Assembly (NCBI GenBank): GCA_963825865.1
Contig: CAWGVG010000057.1
Coordinates: forward strand, 1 to 64,000
Direction: 5' to 3'
DNA: 64,000 nt
DNA from: an uncultured Nitrososphaeraceae archaeon
GTDB lineage: Archaea; Thermoproteota; Nitrososphaeria; Nitrososphaerales; Nitrososphaeraceae
In this document: in pieces, positions 9,812-20,716 of the stretch
Numbering within the stretch: the stretch's first letter is position 1
Layout: the number at the start of each line of letters is the position of its first letter
The notes under the pieces: generated by a model
Told to the model about the DNA's origin: nothing
Seen by the model: the letters and a program-made list of their open reading frames with translations, nothing else
Databases searched by the model: none
Made by a program: the position numbers and the translations under genes

Positions 9812-10852
9812 TTATCGATCCGACAATACCTTTTTCAACATGTAAGAAGCTTGGTCGATCGCTCCCCGCGCTGCTTGTGTATGAGTAATAGCATTTAACA
9901 TTACGAAGTCATTGATAGTTCCATGATATCGGACTGCCGTCACTGGGACTCCTGCCTGCATCAGCTTGTGAGTGTACGCCTCGCCCTCGTCTCGAAGTAC
10001 GTCGAACTCTCCGTTGATGATAAGTGCTCGTGGCAATCCACCGAGCTGCTCAATTGAAGCCTGCAGTGGAGAGACAGTTGGCTCTTTCAGATTTGTCTGA
10101 TTTGAAACATAATTGTTCCAGAACCACATCATGGCCTTACGGGTAAGCCAGTAGCCATCTTGGTAAGCCATGTAAGACTGGGTGTCAAAATTAGCATTGG
10201 TAACTGGATAGAAGAGTACTTGGAAAGCGATCTCCGGTCCGCCTCGCTCTTTGGCAAGAAGTGCCACAACCGTAGCCATGTTGCCGCCCACACCGTCACC
10301 AGCCACAGCTAGACGTGAGGAGTTTGTATTTATGGTTTGGCCATTTTCCGCGACCCACTTTGTGGCAGCATAGGCCTCTTCTAAAGCGACTGGATATTTG
10401 GCCTCTGGAGATCGAGTGTAGTTGACAAAGACAACGGCCACATGGGCACCGTCAGCGAGCTCTCTTAATAGTCTATCATGAGTATCCTCACCACCAAGAA
10501 CCCATCCGCCGCCATGGAAATACATCACAACAGGTAGAGTTTCGTTGTTACTGCCACTAGGTCGAACTATCTGGATAAGTATTTCGCCATTTGTCCCACC
10601 TGGGATGGTACGGTTCTCTATATCGGCTGGAAGTTTTGTGATATGACTCCTCGCTTGGAGGTTGGATAATACAGCACGAGCCTCCTGGGGTGACAAGGTA
10701 TGAATCGGTGCCCCTGGATTCTGTTGGAAATTCTCCAAAAAGGATAGGGTATTACGTTCTACGCCAGTGTAATTGTGTGTGCCAAGAGCACCATATGCCA
10801 TTTGAGTGACGCTGTCGAGCATCAATGGGCTGCTTGCTAAATGTTGTCCCAA
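9812..10852 (-). CDS. Alpha/beta hydrolase (HSL family esterase/lipase fold) with substituted catalytic residues
   Basis: HGGGW oxyanion motif, GD(G)VGG elbow, EFDVLRDEG and HGTI(N)DF. A signal-like stretch lies just upstream in another frame. Confidence 0.9.
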   Translation of the reverse strand: MGQHLASSPLMLDSVTQMAYGALGTHNYTGVERNTLSFLENFQQNPGAPIHTLSPQEARAVLSNLQARSHITKLPADIENRTIPGGTNGEILIQIVRPSGSNNETLPVVMYFHGGGWVLGGEDTHDRLLRELADGAHVAVVFVNYTRSPEAKYPVALEEAYAATKWVAENGQTINTNSSRLAVAGDGVGGNMATVVALLAKERGGPEIAFQVLFYPVTNANFDTQSYMAYQDGYWLTRKAMMWFWNNYVSNQTNLKEPTVSPLQASIEQLGGLPRALIINGEFDVLRDEGEAYTHKLMQAGVPVTAVRYHGTINDFVMLNAITHTQAARGAIDQASYMLKKVLSDR

Positions 10853-10934
10853 TATTTATCAAAAAAGATAAAACAATCGATGCTGCGCCTAAGACGAATA
10901 CTAATAAAAGCACATTATGACTCAATTTGTATTC

Positions 10935-11264
10935 TTATCTACTAGTCACCAATTTATTTTCTTTTTGCTTTTTGGAAGCGGATTGTTGACAGCAAAGATT
11001 TGTGATTTTATTGGCAGTCTTTTTTTCCTTTGCCATCTTATCCAGTATCTCAACAGCAACGACAGAATAGTCTAATGCTTCTACTTCAATTCCATTTGAC
11101 GCAAAGAATATTGTATCTCTGCTGTGGCCGGCTCCTATCTCCAATACTTTCTTTGCATTGTTCATTTTCATATGATTAAAACAAAGCAAGGCAAAGTTGC
11201 TAGGTTCCTCTCCAAAGAAAGTGCTGTGTGATTTCTAGACTTTATTCCAGACTTCACTACTCAT
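10935..11264 (-). pseudogene. Class I SAM-dependent methyltransferase fragment
   Basis: FFGEEPSNFA...KVLEIGAGHSRD motif I, with an in-frame TAG near the start and a truncated C-terminus. Confidence 0.75.
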
Positions 11265-11280
11265 TTGTTATTGCTCCACT

Positions 11281-11595
11281 CTATCCATTTTTCTTTTCCT
11301 CGTCTTTCCAAGCAGAATAGCCTCCTTCAATAGTTACAGCATCAAATCCGTGCCTGTTTAACTCATCTGCAGCCATATTTCCTCTATATCCGCCAGAACA
11401 GTAGGTGCAAATTTTCTTTCCCTTAAGATCATTTAGGTCGCCATGTCTTGCCTTTCTTATTATCTCTCCTAATGGCATATTGACTGCTCCATCTATCTTG
11501 CCTTCTTCTACTAATTCATCGGCTTCTCGTACGTCTACTATCACGTATTCATCTTTTCTTCCTTGCAGTTCTTTTGGAGTTACTTTGTATACCAT
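11281..11595 (-). CDS. Rhodanese-like domain protein
   Basis: IVDVRE, GKIDGAVNMPL, YCSGGYRG and EGGYSAW motifs. Confidence 0.9.
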   Translation of the reverse strand: MVYKVTPKELQGRKDEYVIVDVREADELVEEGKIDGAVNMPLGEIIRKARHGDLNDLKGKKICTYCSGGYRGNMAADELNRHGFDAVTIEGGYSAWKDEEKKNG

Positions 11596-12310
11596 TGGAT
11601 AACATTATCATAAACCTTGACCCAATTATTATTTTAATGGCCTCTACTGCTAATAGGTGTTCGTCCGCAGTAAAGAAGTGTACAGTGTTAAATTGGTGCT
11701 GCTATTTGAACTGGTGCAATTAGTTGACACATATTGAACCTAGCGTATCATAATAGATGAGAACTGATCATTAAGAAGTCTTATAGCTACCTACACAAAA
11801 GGCAATGGATTAGCAATAATAATGTTTGAAGCATTAGAAAAAGCAATCCAACAAAGAGAGAAGGCTTATGTGTCCTCGTGAGAAAGTTGAGAATAAGAAC
11901 AAAGTTTGTTGACGGACTTTACAGCTATGTCATATACAGAGGATTTCCAAGACCTGCTTACACGAAATGCTTGACTGATGTATTAAAGGAGAACTAGAAG
12001 GAAAAATGAAGAGTTTTGCATAAGACAAACTTGAGATTGGAAAAAAGAGTGGTTATTCAAAGTAAAATGCAAGTTTGTAAAACCTGATCTGGAATTGAAC
12101 TACTTATGGGAATATGTACCTACAACGAGAAGCAGATCAAAGCGAAGTATAGCTCAATGCTTTGACAAGAATGTAAAAATAAATCACGGGATAACCATCT
12201 ATGATAAAAATAATATTTTCTCCTTGTCAAGATTACATATTTTTGCCATCTGTACTTCGCTTAATTATGTTAATTCGTTTATATAAGTAGCCTATGCGAA
12301 AAGACTCCTA

Positions 12311-12944
12311 ATGAACATAAGGATGACCAAATTGGCAATTATCATTTCTATTGTTATTGCAACAGCAATAGCACTATCAGCAAGTTCACTATAGTAAGCA
12401 TGATTCAACCAACTCAAGCTCAGCAAGTGCAACTGCTAAAACAGGAGGTGGAGCAGGAACAATTACATCATCAATAGGACAACAAACGTTTAGAACCACT
12501 CTGTCAGGTAATGAGGAAGTGCCTCCTAAGAGTACGCAAGCAACTGGCTCTGCTACGTTTGCCATGATTACTGATGGAAAGAGTATGTCCTACAGAATTC
12601 GTGTTACAAATATAGACAAAGTTACAACGGCTCATATTCATAGCGGTAAAATAGGTCAGAATGGACCTGTAGTTGTAACTTTATTCCAGTCAAAAGCAAC
12701 TACTTCTCCTCTTACTACTGGTCCTGTAAAAAATGGATTTTTGTCACAAGGAACTATTACCTTTGCAAATCTGGAAGGACCATTAAAGGGCAAACAGATA
12801 TCTGACTTAGTCAAACTGATAAACGATGGCAATGCATATGTTAATGTACATACCAAGCAAAATCCTAAAGGAGAGATTAGAGGACAAATATCTTCGGGTA
12901 GGGAGCGAGCTTCAGCTTCAACTGATAACAGGTGGCAGCAGTAG
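12311..12944 (+). CDS. Secreted CHRD-domain protein (frameshift after the signal peptide)
   Basis: LSGNEEVPP, TAHIHSG...NGPVV and YVNVHTKQNPKGEIRGQI motifs. Signal peptide starts at 12311. Confidence 0.85.
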
Positions 12945-13251
12945 TGCTTCAGCAGCAGCATCAGCTTCAGCTTACTGACATAATCTGGTCTCAATTGTAC
13001 CATCAATCATGCAATTTTTTTAATAGTTTGTTAGTTGGTTTGTCGATCAAAATATTTGCAAAACACTTTTAGCTTTAGAGCTTGTAAGTAAGTAAGATAA
13101 GAATTAATCAATATTTCCTGCCTATGTGTAGATTACAAGATTTAATTGATGAAAGTCAGAGCAACAGCAATTTATAATTAAAAACATTTCTTATAGTTGT
13201 ATTGAAAATGACAATAAACTTATTTGTAGTCCATCATCATATCTACTACTA

Positions 13252-14010
13252 TCATGTTTCAGCTATAATTCCCACATCATAATTCCGTAGTTCGGTTCCC
13301 TTTAAATCAATTGCAATCTCCTCATTATCAAGTAATATTTCATTTTCTGTAATTTTTATTGGAGATCGGTTATAATACATTCCTTCAGCAGTTATTGTAA
13401 CTTCGTTATTATTATTATTATTATTACTACTGCCTTGTATCGTTGCTTCAAATCTTATATTTTTAGATTGATTTTGTATTGTCAAATGTCTTGGTTTGTA
13501 ACTTATACTCCAATCTGTGCTGTTTCTTCTTTTTTCAGCAGTCCAAGTATTCTCAGATACTATTGCAATCAGATTATTTAGTTTATCAAAGAAATTAATA
13601 TCTAATAATATGTATTTTCCATCTTCTCGTTTTATAGAAAGGATATCGAAATCATCTATTACAAGGATTCTTGATGTGTTGATAAACCTGCGTTTACCTA
13701 CATTTATAGCCATATCTTGTGACTGTATGATGAAAGCATGTTTTTCATGAATTTTGTTATAAGGATTGTTCTTGGCTTCATGTAAAGCCGATACGGATAC
13801 TTCTCCATTATCATATCCAATATGATGAAGAGGGCACAGTGCTATCATATTTTCAGGAAGGAATGCCTGAACATTGGTGTAGGGAACAATGTGAACGTAT
13901 TCTAGTATAGGACAACCGCATATAGCACAACCATACAACACATCTTTTCTAAGTTGTTTTTGAATTTGGAAAGGAGGATTATTATTTGCAGACATATAAA
14001 TAATCTTCAA
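13252..14010 (-). CDS. HNH-endonuclease-like domain protein
   Basis: GCAICG...YVHIVP...ENMIALCPLHH pattern at the N-terminus and an uncharacterised beta-rich C-terminus. Confidence 0.7.
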   Translation of the reverse strand: MKIIYMSANNNPPFQIQKQLRKDVLYGCAICGCPILEYVHIVPYTNVQAFLPENMIALCPLHHIGYDNGEVSVSALHEAKNNPYNKIHEKHAFIIQSQDMAINVGKRRFINTSRILVIDDFDILSIKREDGKYILLDINFFDKLNNLIAIVSENTWTAEKRRNSTDWSISYKPRHLTIQNQSKNIRFEATIQGSSNNNNNNNEVTITAEGMYYNRSPIKITENEILLDNEEIAIDLKGTELRNYDVGIIAET

Positions 14011-15042
14011 ATGTCTAATTATTTAATGCTATAGTAGATTAATATTGTTACGTAAATATACTGTTATATCACAATGTGAAAACTGAAGTAAACAAGGCAA
14101 CAAGAATTTCTATTGTGATAATTGTATGAGTCAACTGATTATTTTGAAGTGCACAAATATGAAGATGATGATAATGACCGATTTAACAAGGGTAATCTAA
14201 TATGTGGATAAACGCTTACATGGCACGATGCAATAGACTACGCCACATAATGCATTAGAAGACACAAAAGAACAGGCAATAATTTAAGAAAATGGGGTTT
14301 ACATAGCCACCATACCGCCAGAAGGAATCAATGAAAGCTAATTTCATATTGAGGTGTTAATATAAACTAACAAAAGATAGCAATGTAGAAAGCAATTTTT
14401 ATAAATATATATATATAAACATATATTTATTGAACAACTTCCTCAATCATGTTGGCTTTTACAAAATAATAATCAAGTGCCAAAAGGATAGTGTTGTTTT
14501 CTTTTTGTCATTACGTTAAAGGCTAATCCTCAGAAGATTTTATATAATATACTATTGTAATATATATTGTCTGAGATATGAAAATTTGCTCTACATGTAA
14601 AGGTACGGGTTTTATTTTTGCAGTAGACGACGGAAATGCCAACAAAGTTTTCATTGAAGAATGCCCTGATTGTAATTGCTAATGACATTATCAAGATTAC
14701 ATTGAACCGCTACATCATCTCAGATAACCTGTACGGAGTTTTGCCTCTATTTACGACCAGCCTTGATACAGTGCCGTCAAGAGCACATACAATACAATTT
14801 CCTAATCTTTTGTTAAGTTCTTTTATTGACATTATCACTATCTGTATGCTAGTGAAAAAGGTCTAAATTCTCAGTAAGCTCCGGTAGTGAGAATAAGAGA
14901 ATTTAGTGAAATCATTTACAGGAGCTGGAGCATAAGGTTTTTAGAATATTATTAGTCAGTAGGATTTATCAAACCAAAAAAATTTACAAAAAAGAAGCCA
15001 AAACCAGCAAACGAAATTTCAGAGGATGATGTAAATGCCTTT

Positions 15043-15306
15043 ATGAGGGGAATAAAGAATGCTAATAATTACTCGAAAGTTAATGATCTGCAAAAAATGT
15101 TTCCTTCTTTAAATATTCTTAAGATAAATACAATAATAAGGTATCTGGAAAGATCAAAAAGGTTGGTGATAGATGGTGATGGATACATCATCTGGATTCG
15201 TGAAGAAAATTCTGATCAACTGAGCCTTGCCTATGTAGCCAATATCACCGAGGATTTTGTAGAGCATCTGAACAAAAGAGGCATCAATTTCAAAGAAGAA
15301 GATTAG
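15043..15306 (+). CDS. Small hypothetical protein (wHTH-like)
   Basis: INTIIRYLERSKRLVIDGDGYIIW resembles a winged-helix tail. The true start may be upstream. Confidence 0.5.
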   Translation: MRGIKNANNYSKVNDLQKMFPSLNILKINTIIRYLERSKRLVIDGDGYIIWIREENSDQLSLAYVANITEDFVEHLNKRGINFKEED

Positions 15307-15435
15307 TTCTAATTATAATAGGTTATAGAAAGTATTATCGAATAGGCAAACAGTCAATCAACCAACAACTTCTTTTTCAGGACATTGATCAAAAAACTTT
15401 TACCATTTGATTTTATGACATATCTTTGATATTTA

Positions 15436-15774
15436 CTATGGATGAGAAAATCTCGTGTCTTGTGTTGGCAGCTGGGCTTCTACCATAGTCGCAATACCTC
15501 TACCTTTGACTCCCTTATAGGGAAGATTCTCATCATCTATGGAAAAATAAACAGTTGGTTTATTCCGGAAATTTTGAGTTTTCTTGGCTAATTTAGATGT
15601 GGTTATCGAGAGTTTTTCTCCATTTTTATCATAGTAAAACCAGACGGGTTGGATATTGGGCTCACCTTGTTCATCGGTGGTAGCCAACTGCAAATTCAAT
15701 TTACTTTCAAGGAATCTCTCGACCTCTTCCCTGGTCATACCAGGAATCTCGGAAGCGGCATTAACGATTTTCAT
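15436..15774 (-). CDS. Pyridoxamine 5'-phosphate oxidase-like (putative F420/FMN-binding) protein, C-terminus probably truncated
   Basis: LATTDEQGEPNIQPVWF, KKTQNFRNKPTVYFSID and YKGVKGRG motifs. Confidence 0.75.
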   Translation of the reverse strand: MKIVNAASEIPGMTREEVERFLESKLNLQLATTDEQGEPNIQPVWFYYDKNGEKLSITTSKLAKKTQNFRNKPTVYFSIDDENLPYKGVKGRGIATMVEAQLPTQDTRFSHP

Positions 15775-16008
15775 AATCTTTCAACGACATAACAACAGAA
15801 AAGGGTTTCTTCCTGCCTCAGTCTATGTTTCGTCTGTCATATTGATTTTGCTATTTCTTTATCGGTTCATAGTAAAGTGAAACTACCTCATTCTTGTATG
15901 TCTTAGTTTTCATAAGTTTCAGATTAAGCCTGTCCTTTATGTCTATAAACAAGCTTGCAACTTACCAATTCCTCACCTGCTAACTATAGCATCACTTACC
16001 AACTTATA

Positions 16009-16027
16009 TACTTACCTTTTGTAAGTA
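16009..16027. promoter_or_regulatory. Palindromic operator TACTTAC-N5-GTAAGTA upstream of the MFS gene
   Basis: Perfect 7-bp arms, with extra ACTTACC half-sites at ~15960 and ~15994. Confidence 0.5.
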
Positions 16028-16048
16028 AGTAGAACAAGGTAATTTATA

Positions 16049-17707
16049 GTGAAAGAAAAAGAAACAGAAAAATTGATTCATAAGAGGGTTTCGACTGATA
16101 CCCATATTACTGTTGACTTTGATTCTTCAAAATCAAATCAAAATTCGAATTCAAATTCAAAAAAAATACGTCTGCTTGGACTGTACTTGCTATCCTAAGC
16201 TCAACTCTATTAGCAGTCATGTTTGCGGAAACCATGCTGCCTACCAGCACTTCCAGACATTATGAGAGAATTTAAAATATCCTATAGTACTTCGGCTTGG
16301 ATATTTAGTGCATACTTAATTGTTGCAGCTGTAATGACTCCTATTAGTGGAAAGCTATCTGATATGTATGGTAAAAAGAAGATATTGCTTCTATTGCTTG
16401 CAATTTATACTATAAGTATCCTAGCAGGAGGGTTTGCTAACAGTATAACCTTTTTAATAGTTAGCAGGGTAATCCAAGGAGTTAGTCTATCGGCTGTTCC
16501 CGTAGCTTTTAGCATTGTAAGAGATGTATTTCCAGCCAATAAACTTGCAATAGCTGTAGGGATATTTGGCTCTGCATATTCTGGTGGCTCTGTCGTAGGT
16601 TTGTTAGTAGGAGCAAGCATAATTCAGAGTTTTGGCTGGCATACTACATTTTTCTTCATTGCACCTGTTGCTGCAGTAGTCACAGCTATGATAAGCAGGT
16701 TCGTTCGTGCGGATGATAATAATAAATCCCAATTAGTGCATAGAAAAGGAGAAAAAGAAGGAGCAAATGGTGTTAGTAGCACCGATGCTAACGTTGAAGA
16801 AGTTGGAATAAATGATAATGATGGCGACATCAATAACAGCAACAATTCTAAATCGATAGATATCAAAGGCGCAATAACATTATCTGCTACCATTATCTCG
16901 TTTCTAATTGCACTAACCCTATTAGAATCAGGAGGCGGCATAGCTTCTTCTGCTTCTATAAGTAAATTGCAAATTCCCGGTCTTTTAGGCATAGCTGTAG
17001 TTTCGCTAACGATCTTTGTCTTTATAGAAAGACGAACAGAATCACCGTTAGTTGACCTAAAGTTGCTAAAACACAAGTCTCTTCTTCCGTCATATCTCAT
17101 TCTAATGAGTATTGGCATAACTATGTTCCTTGTATATCCAACTGTAGTGCAATTGGTGAGAAGTCCACAACCAATAGGATTTGGAGGAAATGCAGTAACG
17201 GCTGCGAACGTTCAACTTCCATTCATGATAATATTTTTGTTATTTGCTAGTGCTACTGCCTTTATAATCTCTAAGGTAGGAAGCATGAAGCCAACTATGG
17301 CAGGAACCATAATTGCAGTTGTAGGAACATCTAGTATGTTGATGTTTCATTCGTCGGAACTAATGGTATCAACAAACCTTGCCATAATAGCGGCTGGATT
17401 ATCACTAGCTAGCACCTCCATATGGAATATCATAGTGTCCTCAGCACCAAAACAGTATGTTGGAATATCTGTAGGAATTGGTGCGCTTCTTTTCTTCCTA
17501 GGAATGGCAATAGGACCAGCAATAGCAGGAATGTACATGCAAAAACATCAGGTGTCTGTAGATGGTATTAGTGGCTCATTTCCATCTTCAGAATCATACA
17601 ATATGGTATTCCTTACGGCTGCCATATTATCAATAGTGTCTATTTCTTTTAGCGTAATCTTGAAGGCAAGAATGCAAAAACTAGAGGTAAGTAATGCGCA
17701 AAGATAA
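16049..17707 (+). CDS. MFS transporter, DHA2/EmrB-like 14-TM (5' frameshifts)
   Basis: PISGKLSDMYGKK, RVIQG, IDIKGAITL and ERRTESPLVDL motifs. Confidence 0.88.
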
Positions 17708-18137
17708 ATGCTTGCGCATGTTCAACTTCAACCCTCAAATGCTTACTGCATTCTTCGTTGAACCTTAAAGCAATTCCTTCAACATTCAGAAATGAATCTG
17801 TATTAATATTTTGATAATGAAGGAACAGAGAATCAGTATCACCATATACAATTTCAAAACCCATACTTTTGGCAATGTCCTGCATTTTTTTTGTTAGAAT
17901 GTGTATACCATACGATGTTATTAGTTCGGCTACTCGCGGATCATAATACTTGAAGTACCTACTCGCAAACACACCATACCCGGCGTTGATAAGAATTTTT
18001 AATGCCAGCTGTTTTAGGTTGTAGGAACAGCCACTCTGAAGAACAAATCCCCCAACATATTGTTGTAGTTCAGATTTTTCCTCATTTCTGTCAAATAATG
18101 AAACTGCTGGTGCTTGGCATTCCCCATTAGACACCAA
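17708..18137 (-). pseudogene. Family B DNA polymerase fragment
   Basis: KQLALKILINAGYG (motif B) and YGDTDS (motif C) are present. Motif A, the exonuclease domain and the thumb are absent. Confidence 0.8.
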
Positions 18138-18269
18138 TATTTGCTAAGAAGCAGAAGAATTATATCTTTAATTGCAGCAAAAAAAGTGTTTGATAATAGT
18201 TCTGATCGATTAATAACAATTTTATGTTAAGATATGTGTATTAGAAGTTAGTGCGTCTTAACATCATTA

Positions 18270-19457
18270 TCATAGCAACCATTCCTTTATCTTGCTACTT
18301 TCAAAATCCCATTTTTTTTGATAAGATTCTTCTGATGGTGGTTCCAGCCTTGTAGTAGGTCCGGCTTCGTTGTAAAAGTCCGCATCTATATATCCTGCTT
18401 TTTTGTTTCCAATCTCCATAAAACAAAAACCTTTGCCATCGAATTTTGTATTATTTGATTTGTTTGTAATGTCATCAATAATCTGTTGGGCTACAACCTT
18501 TGCTTCACCTTCTGCAAATATTCCTGCTTTTGGAATAGCCGTAGTCTGTGTTATCCTAATTTCTGTCACATCTCCGATTGCAAAAACATTTTTGTAAACT
18601 GTTCTAAGAGTATGTCTATCAACGTTTATCCATCTCTCTTCTCCTCCTCCACCTAATTGTTCTTCGCCATTTATTAGTCCTGAGTTTTTTATAACATCAG
18701 GAACTTTATGTGGAGGAATTCCTATCAATACATTATAATTTCTCTTACTTCCATTTTCAAATTCTAATTCTTTTTCCCGAATTGACTTTATCTTGTATGA
18801 AGGATAGAAATTGATATGATCATAGTTGATTAAGTCAACTACAGCTTGACTTATTTTTTGTCCTGCTACTGGAAGTGCCATAGGAGTAGGTACATAAAGA
18901 TCAATTTCAATAGAATTTCTAGTTCCATTTTTGATTAACATGTCATTAATTAATAATGATGCTTCATAGGGCGCTGGGGGACACTTGTAGGGTATACCCA
19001 TTATAGAGATTGCTATTCTTCCGCTTTTTAATGATAGCAATTTTTCATGAAGTTTTGGAGTTTGTTTTACATCATACAGATTAAATCCTCTGTTCTCTAC
19101 AAACCCATTGATTTTTTCTGGAGCAAGTTCTGCACCAAGTGCTATTATCAGATAATCATATCCTAGTTCCCCCTGGAGCTTTGTTGTGACTGTATTTATC
19201 TGAGTGTCAATTTTTATTATTTCGTCTTTTATAAATTCAATTCCTCTCTGTGTTAGTATGTTCAGATCCGTTTGAGAATCTTCCAGTCTTCTAGTTCCAT
19301 ACACAATCCATAAATTTACAAAGCCCATGATGAATGATTGTTTCCTGTCAATAAGGATAATGCGGTGATCCGCTGATAGATTTTTTCGCAGCAAATTCGC
19401 TGCAGCCAGTCCACCAAACCCTGCTCCTAAAATTAAGATTCGTTTTCCAATTACCAA
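18270..19457 (-). CDS. FAD-dependent oxidoreductase, sulfide:quinone oxidoreductase/flavocytochrome-like
   Basis: GAGFGG, YDYLIIALG, YKCPPAPYE, VFAIGD, PKAG and GFCF motifs. Confidence 0.85.
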   Translation of the reverse strand: MVIGKRILILGAGFGGLAAANLLRKNLSADHRIILIDRKQSFIMGFVNLWIVYGTRRLEDSQTDLNILTQRGIEFIKDEIIKIDTQINTVTTKLQGELGYDYLIIALGAELAPEKINGFVENRGFNLYDVKQTPKLHEKLLSLKSGRIAISIMGIPYKCPPAPYEASLLINDMLIKNGTRNSIEIDLYVPTPMALPVAGQKISQAVVDLINYDHINFYPSYKIKSIREKELEFENGSKRNYNVLIGIPPHKVPDVIKNSGLINGEEQLGGGGEERWINVDRHTLRTVYKNVFAIGDVTEIRITQTTAIPKAGIFAEGEAKVVAQQIIDDITNKSNNTKFDGKGFCFMEIGNKKAGYIDADFYNEAGPTTRLEPPSEESYQKKWDFESSKIKEWLL

Positions 19458-19692
19458 ATAGGCAGCATTATATGATAAAAACTATCAATGTAAAAAAGCT
19501 ATATTCAAACAGTTTTAAACAAATTAACCTATATGCCTAAGCTGTCAGCTCCCATTTTATCAAGTTGGCGAACCAATCTTATGAAGTTTTACTAATGTTC
19601 ATATGCTGATGCTGCCATTTGCCACAGTGATGTGAATGTTATTACTATATGTTTACTATATGTGCTGTTCAACATACACAGAGAAAGATTTT

Positions 19693-20629
19693 CTAACCTT
19701 GGGAATGTATTAGAGCACGTAGATTTGCAGATATGATTGGGCTTATGTCAACTTTAGCCCATTTGTTTGGAATGGAATTTGTGGCAATTAGATCTTCTAT
19801 GCCAGATGCTTTGATTTTTTGTATTGCATCTCCAATCAATAATGCATGGGCACACATTACATAGATCTTACCTGATCTGTTTTCCTTTAGAACCCTACAG
19901 GCTTTGATGATACTGTCACCACTGCTTATCATGTCATCTACAAGAATTACATCTCTGCCAACAATGCTGGAATCTAATTTTTCATCAATAGATACTTCGC
20001 CAGTACTTCTGTCGCGAGCTTTCTTTAACGCTATCGCATCAAGTTTCAAAATTTTGGCAAACTGTTCTGCTCGTTTTATTCCTCCTACATCTGGTGATGC
20101 TACAATAGGATTGCTGAATTTCATGTTATTTGCAGCGTAATTTGCTAAAAGAGGAATTGAAGAGACATTTTGGACATCAATTGTAAAATGTGATAACGCA
20201 AGTGAGCTGTGGATATCTACTGTCATGAGTCTGCTTAGTTCCAACAGTTTCAAGAAGTTTTGCTACTAACGCAATACTGACTACTTCTCCCTCTACAAAA
20301 GCTCGGTCTTGGCGTGCATATGCCATGTAAGGGATAACAGTACACAAATTTGATGCACTGCAGTCAGAACATTTTTTTATCATCATTAATGCCTGCAGCA
20401 GATGACTGTCTACTGGAGGGTATATTGATTGTACTATGATACAATATTTTTTTTCAACCTTGTTCATTTTAATTTTGCTCTCACCATCTATGAATGTGTG
20501 GACGTCCACTGGAACTAGTTCTGCATCTAATTCTTTGGCAATTTTTGTAGCAAGATCATAAGACGATGGTCCAGCTATTATCGAGACTTCTTTTTCCAAC
20601 GTGCAGACAGGTTCATGAATTAATGTCAT
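19693..20629 (-). CDS. prs: Ribose-phosphate pyrophosphokinase (one frameshift near 20240)
   Basis: FIDGESK, PYMAYARQD, VDIHS, SPDVGG and VILVDDMISSG motifs. Confidence 0.92.
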
Positions 20630-20716
20630 TCTTAAAAATGTTGATAAATATGTCTAAAATAAAACCTTGATATTGTGATCATATAATAACCGAAAATACG
20701 TTTTATTATCTATGCT

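Noticed and set aside
15415-15475. Short similarity (about 16/18 nt) to the transposase DNA near 48083
   Set aside because: The match is too short and AT-rich to support an IS remnant without an alignment.
19693-20629. Programmed ribosomal frameshifting in prs and other split genes
   Set aside because: There is no consistent slippery motif, and the window-wide indel density is better explained by sequencing error.
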